Numbered from the stretch's first letter, positions 1 through 13,308 are shown. The stretch: DNA of 64,000 bases from Eledone cirrhosa (GCA_964016885.1 OZ024743.1:149792001-149856000), one strand, 5' to 3'. Notes: generated by a model not told the origin, from the letters alone. Made by a program: numbers and translations.

Positions 1-1647
<1,647 letters not shown>

Positions 1648-1799
1648 ATGTTCTACAGTCGCCGGGGTTGTACTACTTAATTACAAATGAATCGAGGGCG
1701 TATTAAATGTTTGTATGTGTGTGTGTGCAGTACATATGTAACTTTACGTAGGAAAGAACTGAACACGTTATATGGAGTGCATATATATTTCTATGAGCT

Positions 1800-2260
1800 G
1801 AGCTTATTATAGAAGTTTCTCGGAGGCCTCGAGTTTCCCAGCTACTAAAAGCTATCAAATTCATCCCCAATGTCCTTATCTGTCCTTTTTTCTTTTGAGG
1901 TCTTTTCGAATATAGACTGTCAAATTCTTCTTTTTCGTGCGCCATGATGCCATTTGTCCTTTAGACGTCTCCATTCCAAACTATATTTCAACGATTTTAT
2001 TAACTTTACGATGTCTTTGTTCGTTTTAGAATCCATTTTGTAACGTTATGGTCGCTCTACGTTTTTCGAGGAAGACTACATTCGTGAACATTTATTTGTT
2101 CTTAACTTGCTTATTACATCTTTTGCCAGATCCCAGGTTTCTGTACAGTAAAATATTACTTGGACGGTGCATTAGTTTGCAGGCTCGTCATTTGAGATTT
2201 CATAGTAATTTGCTTTAAAAAATGGATTTTAAACTTTCGAAGCTCACGATGATTCTCAGT
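1800..2260 (-). pseudogene. Decayed RTE-clade LINE ORF C-terminal fragment
   Basis: Minus-strand translation gives N*CTVQVIFYCTETWDLAKDVISKLRT...KWILKRTK...IKSLKY...YSKRPQ, resembling the RTE post-RT region (NQCILPVMTYGCETW.L...KL..WIR..TK). Has stops and frameshifts. Confidence 0.6.
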
Positions 2261-2401
2261 TTCGGTTTAAACATTTTCATTGTACACACATTATTTACGT
2301 TTTTGTGCATATCTCTCCACTTTTCCATTTTTTATATTGTTTCACTCTTTAAAACCTATCACTTTGTTCAATCATCTATGCCCTCATTTGTGTCGTTTTT
2401 A

Positions 2402-2417
2402 CACACACACGTACTCA

Positions 2418-2492
<75 letters not shown>
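2402..2492. repeat. (CA)n microsatellite
   Basis: Direct reading. Similar tracts at about 4822-4876 and 5116-5170. Confidence 0.97.
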
Positions 2493-2495
<3 letters not shown>

Positions 2496-2565
2496 ACCAT
2501 AACTGGTAATTGTCCTAATGTAAAGAAAAACAGAGTGACTCATTTAATTACATTCTCACTGACAT

Positions 2566-2684
2566 GAAGGCGTGTGGCTGAGTGGTTAGAGAATTGGATT
2601 CGCAATCGTAAGGTTGTGAGTTCGATTCCTGGACCAAGCGATGCGTTATGTCCTTGAGCAAGACATTTTATTTCACGTTGCTCC
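2566..2684 (+). mobile_element. tRNA-derived SINE head with CORE-like domain (family B)
   Basis: A box TGGCTGAGTGG (2575-2585) and B box GTTCGATTCC (2620-2629), then GTCCTTGAGCAAGACATTTTATTTCACGTTGCTCC, which resembles the CORE domain. Reverse-strand homologues at 7450-7725 and 61473-61530. Confidence 0.75.
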
Positions 2685-2896
2685 TTCTACCTGGAGTTGC
2701 GACCGATAGATAGTATTAGCAATTGGAAAGACCAACGGAAACAGTGTTCCCTCGGTCCGATTTGACGAAAGTCGATCGTTCCTTTTTATATATATATATA
2801 CACACATTCATTCTCTTTTCTTGTTTGATGTAGATGTCTACTATTTTAAGAGATGTTTCTCCAATGTTGATATCAGAAACTTTTTAATGTACATAT

Positions 2897-3106
2897 AATT
2901 TCTGATTTAGACACGAGGCCAACAGATTTGGAGGAGAGAATAGTTGATTACACCAACCCCAGTGCATTACTGGTGCCTTATTTTATCCACCCCGTAAAGA
3001 TGAAAGGCAAAGCTAACCGCGGCGGGTTTTCAACTCACAATATAGAACGTTGTAGCTAAATACAGCAAACCATTTTGTCCGACGCGCTACAGACACTGCC
3101 AATCCA
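2897..3106 (-). mobile_element. Older diverged copy of SINE family A
   Basis: Reverse complement aligns by eye to family A (ggattggcagt...gcctttcatc...cggggtgGataaaataa...ggcct.gtg). Lies head-to-head with the 3139 copy. Confidence 0.8.
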
Positions 3107-3138
3107 ACAGTGTTTATTTCTTATTCATTATCAACGAA

Positions 3139-3320
3139 TGGATTGGCAGTATCGGTAGAGGGTGGGACGCCATGCTTTGACGCATAGAGTTACGGCCCTT
3201 GCCATTCTGAGTTCAAATTCCGCCGAGGTTAACTTTGCCTTTCATCCTTACGGGGTCGATAAAATAAAGTACCAGTAATACACTGTGATAATTGCTGGCC
3301 TTGTGCCAAAAGTAGAAACA
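3139..3320 (+). mobile_element. Young SINE family A, subtype 1, with 12-bp TSD
   Basis: GGATTGGCAGTATCGGTAGAG...GAGTTCAAATTCC (B box)...GCCTTTCATCCTTACGGGGTCGATAAAATAAAGTACCAG...GTAGAAACA. TSD ATTATCAACGAA at 3127-3138 and 3321-3332. Confidence 0.92.
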
Positions 3321-3439
3321 ATTATCAACGAAAAACATTAATAATACAAATTCAAAGGTTGAAATTATTGCTTAGAGCCCTTGACAAGGAATGTTATTCG
3401 TTCAGTGTTGAAAACTTTGCATCGTGTGAAACTTTGAAA

Positions 3440-3621
3440 CTCTTTTATTGATATTAGTCATTAGACTGCGGCTATGCTGGGGCGCTGCATTGAACAAATG
3501 TAGAGGATTATATAGACCACAGAGCATATTTTGGTAAATTTGGGGCTCATTTTATCGATATCATTTGTTGAACCGTTAAATTACAAACAGATAGAGACCC
3601 GCTATATTATACATATATGTT

Positions 3622-3670
<49 letters not shown>

Positions 3671-3820
3671 CGGGCTTTCTGTTAGTTTCCTTCTACCAAA
3701 TCCCCACAAAGCATTGATGAACTTGTGGCTATAGTAGAAGACATGAACGCAAGGTTCCACGCAGTGGGCCTGAACTTGAAACCTTGTTGTTTCGAATTGA
3801 ATTCCTTAATCACACAGCCA
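3440..3820 (-). mobile_element. Full-length tRNA/CORE-like SINE (family C) with internal (TA)n
   Basis: Minus strand: TGGCTGTGTG head, CORE-like GAACCTTGCG..GTCTTCTACTATAGCC, then (TA)n at 3625-3668, then a 3' part ending CCCCAGCATAGCCGCAGTCTAATGAC...AAAAGAG. Same layout at 17536-17915. Confidence 0.75.
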
Positions 3821-3823
3821 CGA

Positions 3824-3859
<36 letters not shown>

Positions 3860-4160
3860 GAACGCTAGCAAGAATAGTATAATGCCGGGACGGTTAGATA
3901 ATGTTAAGTAATGCATTTCTCAATTTTTGAGAAATCTTTTTTTCATGAGAAAGGGTGGGGGGTAAGGGGTTATTAGGCTCGAGGCTTTTGACTATTGGCC
4001 TGTCTAGTTATAAATAATGATGTTATAACATTCAATTTATACAATGATGTTGGAATGTTTACAAGGCTGAATGGAGTTGGTGAGTTACATAATAATGGTT
4101 ATGAAATTCACATCATCTGAGAATTAATAACAGCAGTTAGGACTTTTTTTTTTTTTTTTT

Positions 4161-4277
4161 TTTTTTACACGCAGAAATGCCCATTTGTACCGCCCTGTAT
4201 TGTCCTGTACTGTCCTTAATGTCTACTTTATGTAAACCCTTGTGGTTAATAAAGAAATCATTATTATTATTATTATT
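4161..4277 (+). mobile_element. LINE 3'-end fragment (L1/Tx1-like) with AATAAA and (ATT)n tail
   Basis: CCCTTGTGGTTAATAAAGAAATCATTATTATT. Matches the reverse complement of 17021-17060 (CCTTGTGGCCAATAAAGAAATTATTATT). The clade call is an inference. Confidence 0.45.
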
Positions 4278-4819
4278 AAAAGAAATCATCATCATCAACA
4301 TTATTATTATTATTATTATTATTATTATCATTATTATTGCTATTCTTGTCTCTGTAAAACGGTTCTTTCAAATTGATCACGTTATCATTTCTAGTAGAAT
4401 ATTTATCATCAAATTCTCTCACACCTTCTTCCCCTTTGATCGACAAAACCGTCTCTCCACCCGTTACCCTCCTGCACACACTGATTATGCTAACATGTTA
4501 AAAGATAATAAACTTCGCTAATATTTCCCTGAAACTGAACTGGGTTTATTTTTTTCTTTGTTTTCTTTTTCTTTTTTCGTTCATTTTTTTTCCAGTAATG
4601 ATTTTAACGAAATTTTTTGGTTGTGTCATATAGTATATATTTGTTTTTTGTTGTTATTTTTTTTTTTTTGTTTTCGGAGGGTTCATCACAATTTTTAATT
4701 TTTATGTTTTTTACTGATTATTTTCTATTTTCTTGTGTTTTGATTTTATCTCAAATTAATGAAATATAAAAACTGCTAAATCAGCCATAAACAAGATGAT
4801 CAACAACAATTATGTGTGG

Positions 4820-4881
<62 letters not shown>

Positions 4882-5017
4882 TTATATAATTTCACACACA
4901 TCCATACACGTGCACAAACACTCATATATACTCGTACATAGACACATATATTATACGTTTTATACGTTATATATATACATAATGTATTTATAATGTGTTA
5001 TTTTACATATATTTACA

Positions 5018-5054
<37 letters not shown>

Positions 5055-5113
5055 TATGTGTGAGAGAGAGAGAGAGTTTTTGTACATCATAAATGCATTA
5101 TATATACACAAGT

Positions 5114-5170
<57 letters not shown>

Positions 5171-5177
5171 TATATAC

Positions 5178-5225
5178 GTCGAACCCACGTCATCATAGAA
5201 AATGGACGTAAATTGATGATGATGA

Positions 5226-5261
<36 letters not shown>

Positions 5262-5317
5262 ATATATCATCATCATCATCAATTTCCGTCCATTTTCTAT
5301 GATGACGTGGGTTCGAC
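5178..5317. repeat. Palindrome around a (TA)n centre (arms about 55 bp)
   Basis: GTCGAACCCACGTCATCATAGAAAATGGACGTAAATTGATGATGATGATG ... CATCATCATCATCAATTTCCGTCCATTTTCTATGATGACGTGGGTTCGAC. One mismatch outside the TA centre. Confidence 0.92.
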
Positions 5318-5445
5318 TGATCGTCACGATGTGAGACTAGAGGGGTCGGAGGTTTCCATCATACTCGTTCTGCAGTTGGATGCACTCGCTAACGCAAACC
5401 ACCTTACAGGGTTTATAGGGTGCGTGTTTCGTGACACCATCACTT
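5268..5445 (-). mobile_element. RTE-type 3' UTR fragment with (GAT)n tail
   Basis: Contains TTGGATGCACTCGCTAACGCAAACC, homologous to the TGGATGCCCTTCCTAACACCAACC motif in the RTE 3' UTR at 20800-20830 (reverse). Ends in (GAT)n. Confidence 0.6.
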
Positions 5446-5700
5446 GATAGTTTGTAATATGCTAGATCAGACTGAAGTGTCCTTTCAACTTCTATATTGT
5501 CCCCCGTTCAATTGCCAAACACTAGTCTCCGCTCTCTCACCGTGTTTATTGTGTTGCGGTGTTAGTGCTGGCGGACGGAACTTTTGTATTATAGCATATC
5601 TCCATAATTTATTCATGGTGATATATAGTTTCTTAAGGTTATATTTCACAACTTTGTCCTATATTTTCCCTGGTTCCATTTCATTAAACATTATTATTTT

Positions 5701-6103
5701 GGATTGGCAGTGTCGGTAGTGGGTCAGACGCCATGCTTTCCAGCATAGTTACGTCCCTTTACGATCTGAGTTCAAATCCCGCCGAGGTTGACTTTGCCTT
5801 TCATCCTTACGGGGTCGATAAAATAAAGTACCAGTAATGCACTGGGTAATTGCTGGCCTTGTGCCTAAAGTAGAAACAATTATTATTTAGTAATACACTG
5901 GGTAATTGCTGGCCTTGTGCCAAAAGTAGAAACAATTATTATTTAGAGAGGGTCGAATAAAATGCTTTGTGTTATTTGAGTTCATATCCCATCAAGGCCA
6001 ATAAATAAAATAAAGTACCATTAACGTTCTGGGTCGATTTGATCCACTTTCCCCTCCCTCAAAATTGCTGGCCTTGTACCTAAATCAGAAACAATTATTA
6101 TTA
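5701..6103 (+). mobile_element. Stack of three SINE family A copies (full subtype 2, truncated subtype 1, old copy)
   Basis: Full copy 5701-5878, 3' fragment 5891-5934 with TSD ATTATTATTTAG (5879-5890, 5935-5946), and a diverged copy about 5947-6103. Confidence 0.9.
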
Positions 6104-6404
6104 TAGAGAGAGTGAGAGAGACGGAATCGAAACCGGGTATCGATCATAGCTCACACGAATGTTTACCTAGTTAACGAAGAAGCAGCAGCCACTGTAAACA
6201 ATGATTACAGGGGAGAGAAACGGGGTTTTGTAACGCCCGTGCCTTTCATGTAAGTTAGGGCTGTGACTGAAGTGATTTAGACAGGAAATCGTAACCCTAA
6301 CCATCCCTACTCTCATTTTCCACATCTGCATAATAACTCCTCATATTAAGACAAGGTCCAACATCAACAGCAGCTTTGGTGTCACAACGTCTGAACTTCT
6401 ATAA

Positions 6405-6513
6405 ATAGCAACCAAATCTCCTCCAAATCACGCCCCACCATCTTAAAAAATTCCCTTGATGGGATGGACACGGCAGGAATGCCTTTGATAAGCGATTAGG
6501 GCTAAACAACAAC
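6405..6513 (+). mobile_element. Dispersed retroposon family E 3' part, ending CTAAACAACAAC
   Basis: ATAGCAACCAAATCTCCTCCAAATCAC...GGAATGCCTTTGAT...GGGCTAAACAACAAC. Diverged relatives at about 7125-7275(-), 8450-8605(-), 28320-28510(+), 46010-46080(-) and 51855-52090(+). Confidence 0.6.
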
Positions 6514-6536
6514 TTATATGAAGTGTATTCATATAT

Positions 6537-6690
6537 TTATATGATTGATTTCCTATAGACAGTGTTATCAGAGACGAGTCTTTCTGTTAGGGATTGATAT
6601 GAGGAGTAGTGTGGTGGATAACCAGGATTCGGAAGTACATCGCCAACACAACTTTCTAGTAGCGTACCCTCACTATTATCACTAACGTTC
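6537..6690 (-). CDS. Candidate terminal coding exon of an unknown gene
   Basis: TTTCAG acceptor followed by an open, non-repetitive frame NVSDNSEGTLLESCVGDVLPNPGYPPHYSSYQSLTERLVSDNTVYRKSII*. No recognisable homology and no partner exon identified. Confidence 0.2.
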
Positions 6691-7449
6691 CTGAAATTAT
6701 TTAAACGAATTTCGTTTTTTTTCTTCTTTTCTTTTTTTTCACGGACATAAACATTTCCAGGTGGAAATCTATCTAAACTGGACCCTAAAATCAGTGTTTC
6801 GCTTACATTCAACTATCTTTTGTCATATTAAACTCAAATCAGTTACTTTAACGTGGTCGAATCCCTTACAGTTTTTATCAAACTCAGTGTGTGTGTGCAC
6901 ATAGCCCCACTTTCTCTTTATTTTCCTTTCTTTCCTTCGTGTTCTTTAACGTTACAAGATTTTAACGAATCTCCCCTCCTTATTAAACGTTATGAAATGT
7001 AGGATCATTTTCTGACTGTTCGCTTTAATTACCTGAGATTACCTTACTATTGTTACTCCTATGTATATCATAGCTGATTTTGATGTAATTAAGTGCTACA
7101 TTCTGTTACGAGCAGTGTATATATGTGTTGTTTAGGCCTAACTCAACTACATTAAAAATATTCTAGCTGAGATCATTCCATCCCGATTTTCTTTCTTTTT
7201 TTTATCTAAACATATTCTAACTTGTCCTTCCTTTTTCTAATACGGTGGAAATATAATTTGGGTGAGATTTACTTGCTATTCAATGTAATTCGTGTGACAG
7301 TGTAGAGGATCCCGTGTTGTCTCAGAGTCTATATATGTGTGTGCAGATGTGCGACAGTATTCGGTAGACGCATTTATAAAAAAATACGGAGTAAGGCATG
7401 TGTATGTTGCATTGCAAATAGTATGTATGTCTGCAGTGTTATTGCTGGA

Positions 7450-7725
7450 CCTCCGTCGTTTCTGACGATGATTGCTCCAGTTGATTCGATCATCGGGAAT
7501 AAATGTGTATATGGCTGAGCATTCCCACAGGCACATGCCCCCTTAACGTAGTTCTCAGGAGGACTCAGCGTGATACAGCGTGTACAAACGCTGTCCCTCT
7601 TGAATTTTAACCACCAGCTGAGTGGACTGGAGCAATAGGGAATAAAGTGTCTTGCTCAACGAAATAACGCGCTTCAGAAATCGAATTCACGACTTTACTA
7701 TCGTGTGCTGAACACCATAACCACT
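7450..7725 (-). mobile_element. SINE family B copy
   Basis: CAGCTGAGTGGACTGGAGCAA...AAAGTGTCTTGCTCAA...ATCGAATTCACGAC is the reverse complement of the 2566 head and CORE-like region. Its body is related to 59715-59800. Confidence 0.75.
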
Positions 7726-7755
7726 TCACTATATATATGTATATATATATATATA

Positions 7756-7929
7756 CGAGAGTCGGCTGGAAAGTTCATAGGCTGACTATGAAGTATTGAT
7801 GATAGAGCTGTGAAATCTTGAATGCATTAATTTCAGCTCTTATTAATCACTGCATTTTTCTTTCCCAGGACTATGTTGAAAAATAATCCTAATTTGGTCA
7901 TTCCACGAAAGTATCTTGGTCAGCCTGTG

Positions 7930-7933
<4 letters not shown>
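7756..7933 (+). mobile_element. Internally deleted mariner element (MITE-like)
   Basis: TA + CGAGAGTCGGCTGGAAAGTTCATAGGCTGAC left TIR. Right TIR remnant GTCAGCCTGTGAACT is cut by (TA)n. GACTATGTTGAAAAATAA (7869-7886) = DYVEK*, the typical mariner transposase C-terminus. Confidence 0.8.
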
Positions 7934-7990
<57 letters not shown>

Positions 7991-10260
7991 GGCGAGTTGG
8001 ATAGTTTCTATGCATATTAGTCATCGGTTATTTGCACGTGTATATAAATAAACAGTATTATTTCCACACTTACACATGTTCACACCCAATCTCTACAACT
8101 ATCAAAAGTAAGAAAGTAACCACATCAGAAATAATTACATTGTAACGCTATCAATTCAAGACTAAACAGTTTCGTTTAATTTTGTTTTGATTTGGTTAAT
8201 TCTTTAAAGTTATCTACCGCTCGCAATCATTTTATATCTCTTTTCAGTTATTAAGTAAAGGGGTTTGTAGTACATATTCCCGTCTAACATACATACATAC
8301 ACATGTGTGTGTGTCGTGGGCGACAGTTACACTTGTAAAAAGTTTCGACTCTTTTTTTTTATAGACACTGCACGCTAAGACGTGTATGGATGAGTTTGTG
8401 TAAAGTATCTTCTATATACATTTATGTGTGAATACTTACATACGGAATTTGTGGTTTAGTCCTATGTCAGTTCTAATCAAGCAAACCTATGATCAAAGGC
8501 ATTCCAGCCGTGACCATCCCATTTTTGTGGTGTGTAAGATTACATGTTCTTTCTTTATTGAAGACGGTAATGTGTGATTCGGGGGAAGATATAATATAGC
8601 AGCCGAACAAACCACTTAAAAGCTCTCTCCTTCGTATGAAAATATTGATGCTAGGTGGTTGGTTTATGAAGTGTTTTCCAAAAACACTGCTCTGCAACTA
8701 CCACCACTACTAATGGTTGGAACCTGTATTCTTCTTCTGTTATTGTCGCCGTTGCTGCTGCTGCTGCTTCTATCAGTGTGTCGGGAACGCTTTACAAATC
8801 GGCAGCTAGCCTCATGCTACGGAGAAAGGGATCACCAATTTCTGGGGAGGTTAGGGGTTAATTCATACCTGCCTCCCAGCTATCTTTTAAAATCACCACC
8901 TTTGCGTTCTACACCTCAGGTGAAAGTATTGTTGGTATAAAACAAAAACCATCAAAATACAAAAATACGAAAAACAAAAAAAAAAAAATTGATCATTATA
9001 TAAGGTAGGTTGTTTTTTTGTTTGTTTGTTTGTTTGTTGTTTTTTCGTTCCTGTAGGAGTGTCTGTAATTCTATATCGATGATGATGATGATGATATGTG
9101 TGTTTCTCTGTTTATGCAGCTATATTTATATCTAGTCAGATTTTGTTAAATCAAAATGAATTCAAATTAGGAACACATGGCACATTTTCGGCTTTCAATT
9201 TCCACTTTTCTGTTCGCAGTCTTTCTAACTTTCTGCTTGTCTATCTATCTATCGATCTATCGACCGGTTAGTCGGCCTAATTGTCAACTTTGTTTATCCA
9301 CATCGTCAATATCTTTATAGCTCCTTCGTCTCCACCTCTCTTTGGCCTTCTATAGAGTAAATGCTGGTCTATCTACTAAAATATATCCACCTGTCCATCC
9401 ATCTATTTCCGCATCTACCTATCTTTGTCACGATATATATTTACAGAATCCCAAAAGTCAAGTCTAAAAAAAAAAGTGTAATCAAAATTAAAGCACGTGC
9501 CATATGTGTGAGTGTGTGTGCGCGCGCGTTTTCTTGAGGGTGCGCACAACCTGTATAGTTTCTTTTTTTTCTTCTTCGCATTGAGTTAGGCACTCCCTGT
9601 GTGGTAGCTGGAATTTCGGAAACTTAGAGCTTGGTCGTTTTTTCTGTTTTTGTTTTTATGTGTCAAGCACACGGAGCAAATCTAAAATCCAACATTAGCT
9701 GTAAAGGTAACCACCACCCCCAACAACAAAGGGAACACCAAAACCATTAACTCCAGGAAATTGAAAATGTTAGCTTTCCAGACGGGCTCTTTTTTCACAT
9801 GTCTATCCCTCGCATCATTATTCATTATAGCCGTAAAGCTCAAAAGCCTGGAATTTTGTGCTTAACTTTGCCCTTAAGCATAAAACTCAAGGCTCTTGAG
9901 TCACTGATGTGACTATACGGCTATAGTAAAGTATATATCATTCAATTTAATGTATGGACTTTCGTTTCCTCGTTTGTTTATCCAAACGTGCGTACGTGTG
10001 CGAGCGCGCCCATCTCGTCACTTTTTTTTTTATTGCCTTCCGATCCTTCTCTGCCTTAAAAATACCGTTCGATATTCCCTGTACGCTTACACTTGCTTTG
10101 AAATGTAAATAACTGTACTGACCATTCTATATCATCGTTCAGCCCTTCCTTATAATAGGAATTATATGTAGATTATAATTATTGTTGTCATTCCAAGTTT
10201 GCTCAGTTCTTAGACTGGTGATGATTTCGCAGTTGTTATTATTAATATTATTATATACCA

Positions 10261-10365
10261 AATCCCGCCGAGGTTAACTTTGCCTTTCATCCTTACGGGG
10301 TCGATAAAATAAAGTACCAATAATGCACTGAGATAATTGCTGGCCTTGTGCCAATAGTAGAAACA
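10261..10365 (+). mobile_element. 5'-truncated young SINE family A with 23-bp TSD
   Basis: TSD ATTATTAATATTATTATATACCA at 10238-10260 and 10366-10388. Confidence 0.92.
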
Positions 10366-10384
10366 ATTATTAATATTATTATAT

Positions 10385-10876
10385 ACCAGTCAAGTATTGG
10401 GGTCTACATAATCAACACTCCTCTACCCCAAAATTTCTTGTTTTGTGCATGTGCCTATATATTATGTGGCAGTGTCGAACTACCTTGCGGTATTTGTTCT
10501 GGCTATTTAAGTTCTGAGATCGTAGGTTACCGACGACAATTTTGCCTTTCATCCTACCGCGGTTGTTAAAATAAAGCACCAGTCAAGTACTGGGGTAGAT
10601 TTAATCGACTTACGCCCCTCTTTCTGGCCTTGTGCTTAAAATAAAATTTAAAAATTGTTGTAGTTTAGAGCGGTGGGTTGACAGAATTGGTAGAGCATCG
10701 GACAAAACGCCTTGCGGTATTTCTTCTATCTCTTTACACCTTAAGTTCAAAACCCGCTCTAGTCAACTTTTCCTTTCATCCTTCCGAAATCGATAAAATA
10801 AAGTATTAGTCAAGTACTGGTGTTGATTTAATTAACTAACCCATCTCCTAAATTTCCAGCCTATTAGAAACAATTA
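10385..10876 (+). mobile_element. Tandem run of about three older SINE family A relatives
   Basis: Repeated diverged blocks CCTTTCATCCT...AAAATAAAG.A..AGTCAAGTACTGG, all in the same orientation. Confidence 0.75.
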
Positions 10877-10999
10877 CCCCTTGGACTTATTCCTAGTTAT
10901 CCTTTTACATCCTTACTTCCCCCCTTATCATCTTTATTACACATTGTTATTTTTATTAATGATATAGTTACTGGTTTTATTCAAAGTCGATTAATACTG

Positions 11000-11052
<53 letters not shown>

Positions 11053-11427
11053 TAAAAGAAACTATTCTTTTGTCTATTCTTATAAAAATTATTTGGTATT
11101 TCATAGAATTTCCTTGATATTAAGACAACGAAGTTTTATCAAATATTTACGCACCACTCCCGTATATTTTGCATGTATTTACACACGTATTCGTATGTTA
11201 TTATCAAAACCGGATCTTACCTATATATTTATATACACACAGGCACACAAAATATACATATGGATATATATACATTCGAATAATCACACGATAAATATAC
11301 ATCTATACACCTAACACACATATAAAAATGCATACACATACACACACAAATATATGTAGTGCGAGTGTGTATATATGTATATATGTGTGTGTGTGTGTGA
11401 ATTGTGTGCATTTATGTATGCAATATG

Positions 11428-11484
<57 letters not shown>

Positions 11485-11494
11485 TATGTATATA

Positions 11495-11529
<35 letters not shown>

Positions 11530-11667
11530 TATGTATATACTGTATATATATATATATGTTGTGTGTATATATATATATACATACACACATAAATATATAT
11601 ACCTATCTATGTATATATATATATGTGTGTATGTAATATATTGTATATATCTATACATATATTATAT

Positions 11668-11724
<57 letters not shown>

Positions 11725-11735
11725 TATATATATAT

Positions 11736-11772
<37 letters not shown>

Positions 11773-11864
11773 CAGGGTGCCCCCAAAATGTATACACACT
11801 TCAATAGCATTTTAATAAATGTGTATACATTTTTTGGGTGGGTGGGGGGGGGGGGGGCACCCTG
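11773..11864. mobile_element. Tc1/mariner-type MITE in (TA)n
   Basis: TA-CAGGGTGCCCCCAAAATGTATACACA...TGTGTATACATTTT...GGGGGCACCCTG-TA. TIRs with a G-run expansion in the right TIR. Confidence 0.8.
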
Positions 11865-11959
11865 TATATATATATATACGTATTGTGTATATATATAGCT
11901 TTATATATAAATTAATATATATATAAGTGTGTGTGTGTGTGTGTGTGCGTGTGTGTATC

Positions 11960-12090
11960 TCGTAACCTAACGGTTCGACAAAATGAAATCAATCAAATAG
12001 GTTCTAGTGTCGATATGATCAATTAAATGCTTTCAACGGGCTGCCACCAGCATTGGCTACTGTCTAATGACTAAAAGCAGTAAAAAAAAT
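11960..12090 (+). mobile_element. 3' half of SINE family C following (TG)n
   Basis: GTAACCTAACGGTTCGACAAAA...CCAGCATTGGCTACTGTCTAATGACTAAAAGCAGTAAAA. Homologous to 3440-3600 in reverse. Confidence 0.6.
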
Positions 12091-12118
12091 ATATATGATA
12101 TACACAAAATATATGTAA

Positions 12119-12168
<50 letters not shown>

Positions 12169-12172
<4 letters not shown>

Positions 12173-12483
12173 GTATTCTGAGTTTTACGAATATTAATAA
12201 TTGTTTCTACTTTTGGCACACGGCCAGCAATTATCCCAGTGCATTACTGGTACTTTATTTTATCGACCCCGTAAGGATGAAAGGCAAAGAATAACATTCG
12301 ATTCGTTTGCAATTATGCAAACAGGCCTCAATTGTATAGCCATGTCAGTAGAATGACACGCCAACACAAGAGCAAGAATGAAGGGTTCATTCTACTGACA
12401 TGGCTATACAATTGAGGCTTGTTTGCATAATTGCAAACGAATCGAATGTTATTATTAATATTCGAAAAACTCCGATGACATTT
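12169..12483. repeat. Long palindrome (arms about 95 bp, 30-nt spacer) interrupted by a SINE
   Basis: Core arms 12290-12356 and 12387-12453 (67 bp, 1 mismatch). Complementarity continues between 12169-12198 and 12454-12483 once the SINE is removed. Confidence 0.9.
12201..12289 (-). mobile_element. 5'-truncated young SINE family A inserted in the palindrome arm
   Basis: TTGTTTCTACTTTTGGCAC...CGACCCCGTAAGGATGAAAGGCAAAG, inserted at AATAAT. Confidence 0.9.
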
Positions 12484-12531
12484 ATTGTATTCAGCCATGT
12501 AGAGCGAGAATTTTCTTTATATATATATTAA

Positions 12532-12561
<30 letters not shown>

Positions 12562-12562
<1 letters not shown>

Positions 12563-12744
12563 CTCAGTGCTCATGTGGGAGCCCCTACATGGACACACTA
12601 GAAGAGGAAGACCAAGGTTACCGTATGTTGATGCCCTAAGGACAGACACTGGTCTGTTGGAGATGCAGGACATGGCAGCGATAATGAGGGACAGAGACCG
12701 CTGGAGAGAACTCGTCCATGGATCTCGGGACTTTTACCCGCCTT

Positions 12745-12746
<2 letters not shown>
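12562..12746 (+). mobile_element. 5'-truncated RTE-group LINE 3' end in (TA)n
   Basis: Open frame [29 protein letters not shown]...[11 protein letters not shown] carries the RTE C-terminal W.P..G.R.RGRP and DR..WR motifs. The stop runs straight into (TA)n. Confidence 0.8.
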
Positions 12747-12786
<40 letters not shown>

Positions 12787-12896
12787 CACACACTCACACA
12801 CACAGATATATATGACAATATATATATATATGAATATATCCAATATGTATATGAATATATCCAATATGTATATGAATATATACAATATGTATATGA

Positions 12897-12928
<32 letters not shown>

Positions 12929-13263
12929 TTATGTGTTATGTATTTCCGTAGAAAAGGTAAATGAAAGAAGAATGCTCTATGTATAGTACAGAGCTGTATA
13001 ATTATAATAAATATATATATATATACACACATATATATATACATATATATATATGCGTATTATACATATACATTCGCATTCACACACACACACACATAGA
13101 TACATGTATATAATTATTGGTGGAATCCCGATGGGTATCATAAGAGGAGCACAGTTAAAAAAGTTCTCAATACATTGGTAGAGTATAGCTATTTTTATTT
13201 TTAGTACTTTCCTGATGACTTCATACGAATGAGATACTACTAGTCATGTAGAAGTCATTTCTG

Positions 13264-13308
<45 letters not shown>

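Noticed and set aside
2222-2567. HT-, SL/RE- and CV-repeat ORFs here and elsewhere
   Set aside because: They are products of (CA)n, (CT)n and (TG)n microsatellites.
2566-2640. Possible tRNA gene
   Set aside because: A and B boxes are present, but there is no acceptor stem and it continues into a SINE body seen elsewhere in the window.
6255-6305. TTAGGG / CCCTAA words
   Set aside because: They are single isolated units, not a telomeric array.
8659-8940. 93-aa ORF with a leucine stretch like a signal peptide
   Set aside because: The hydrophobic run comes from (CTG)n/(CTT)n, the ORF has a TTG start, and there is no recognisable domain.
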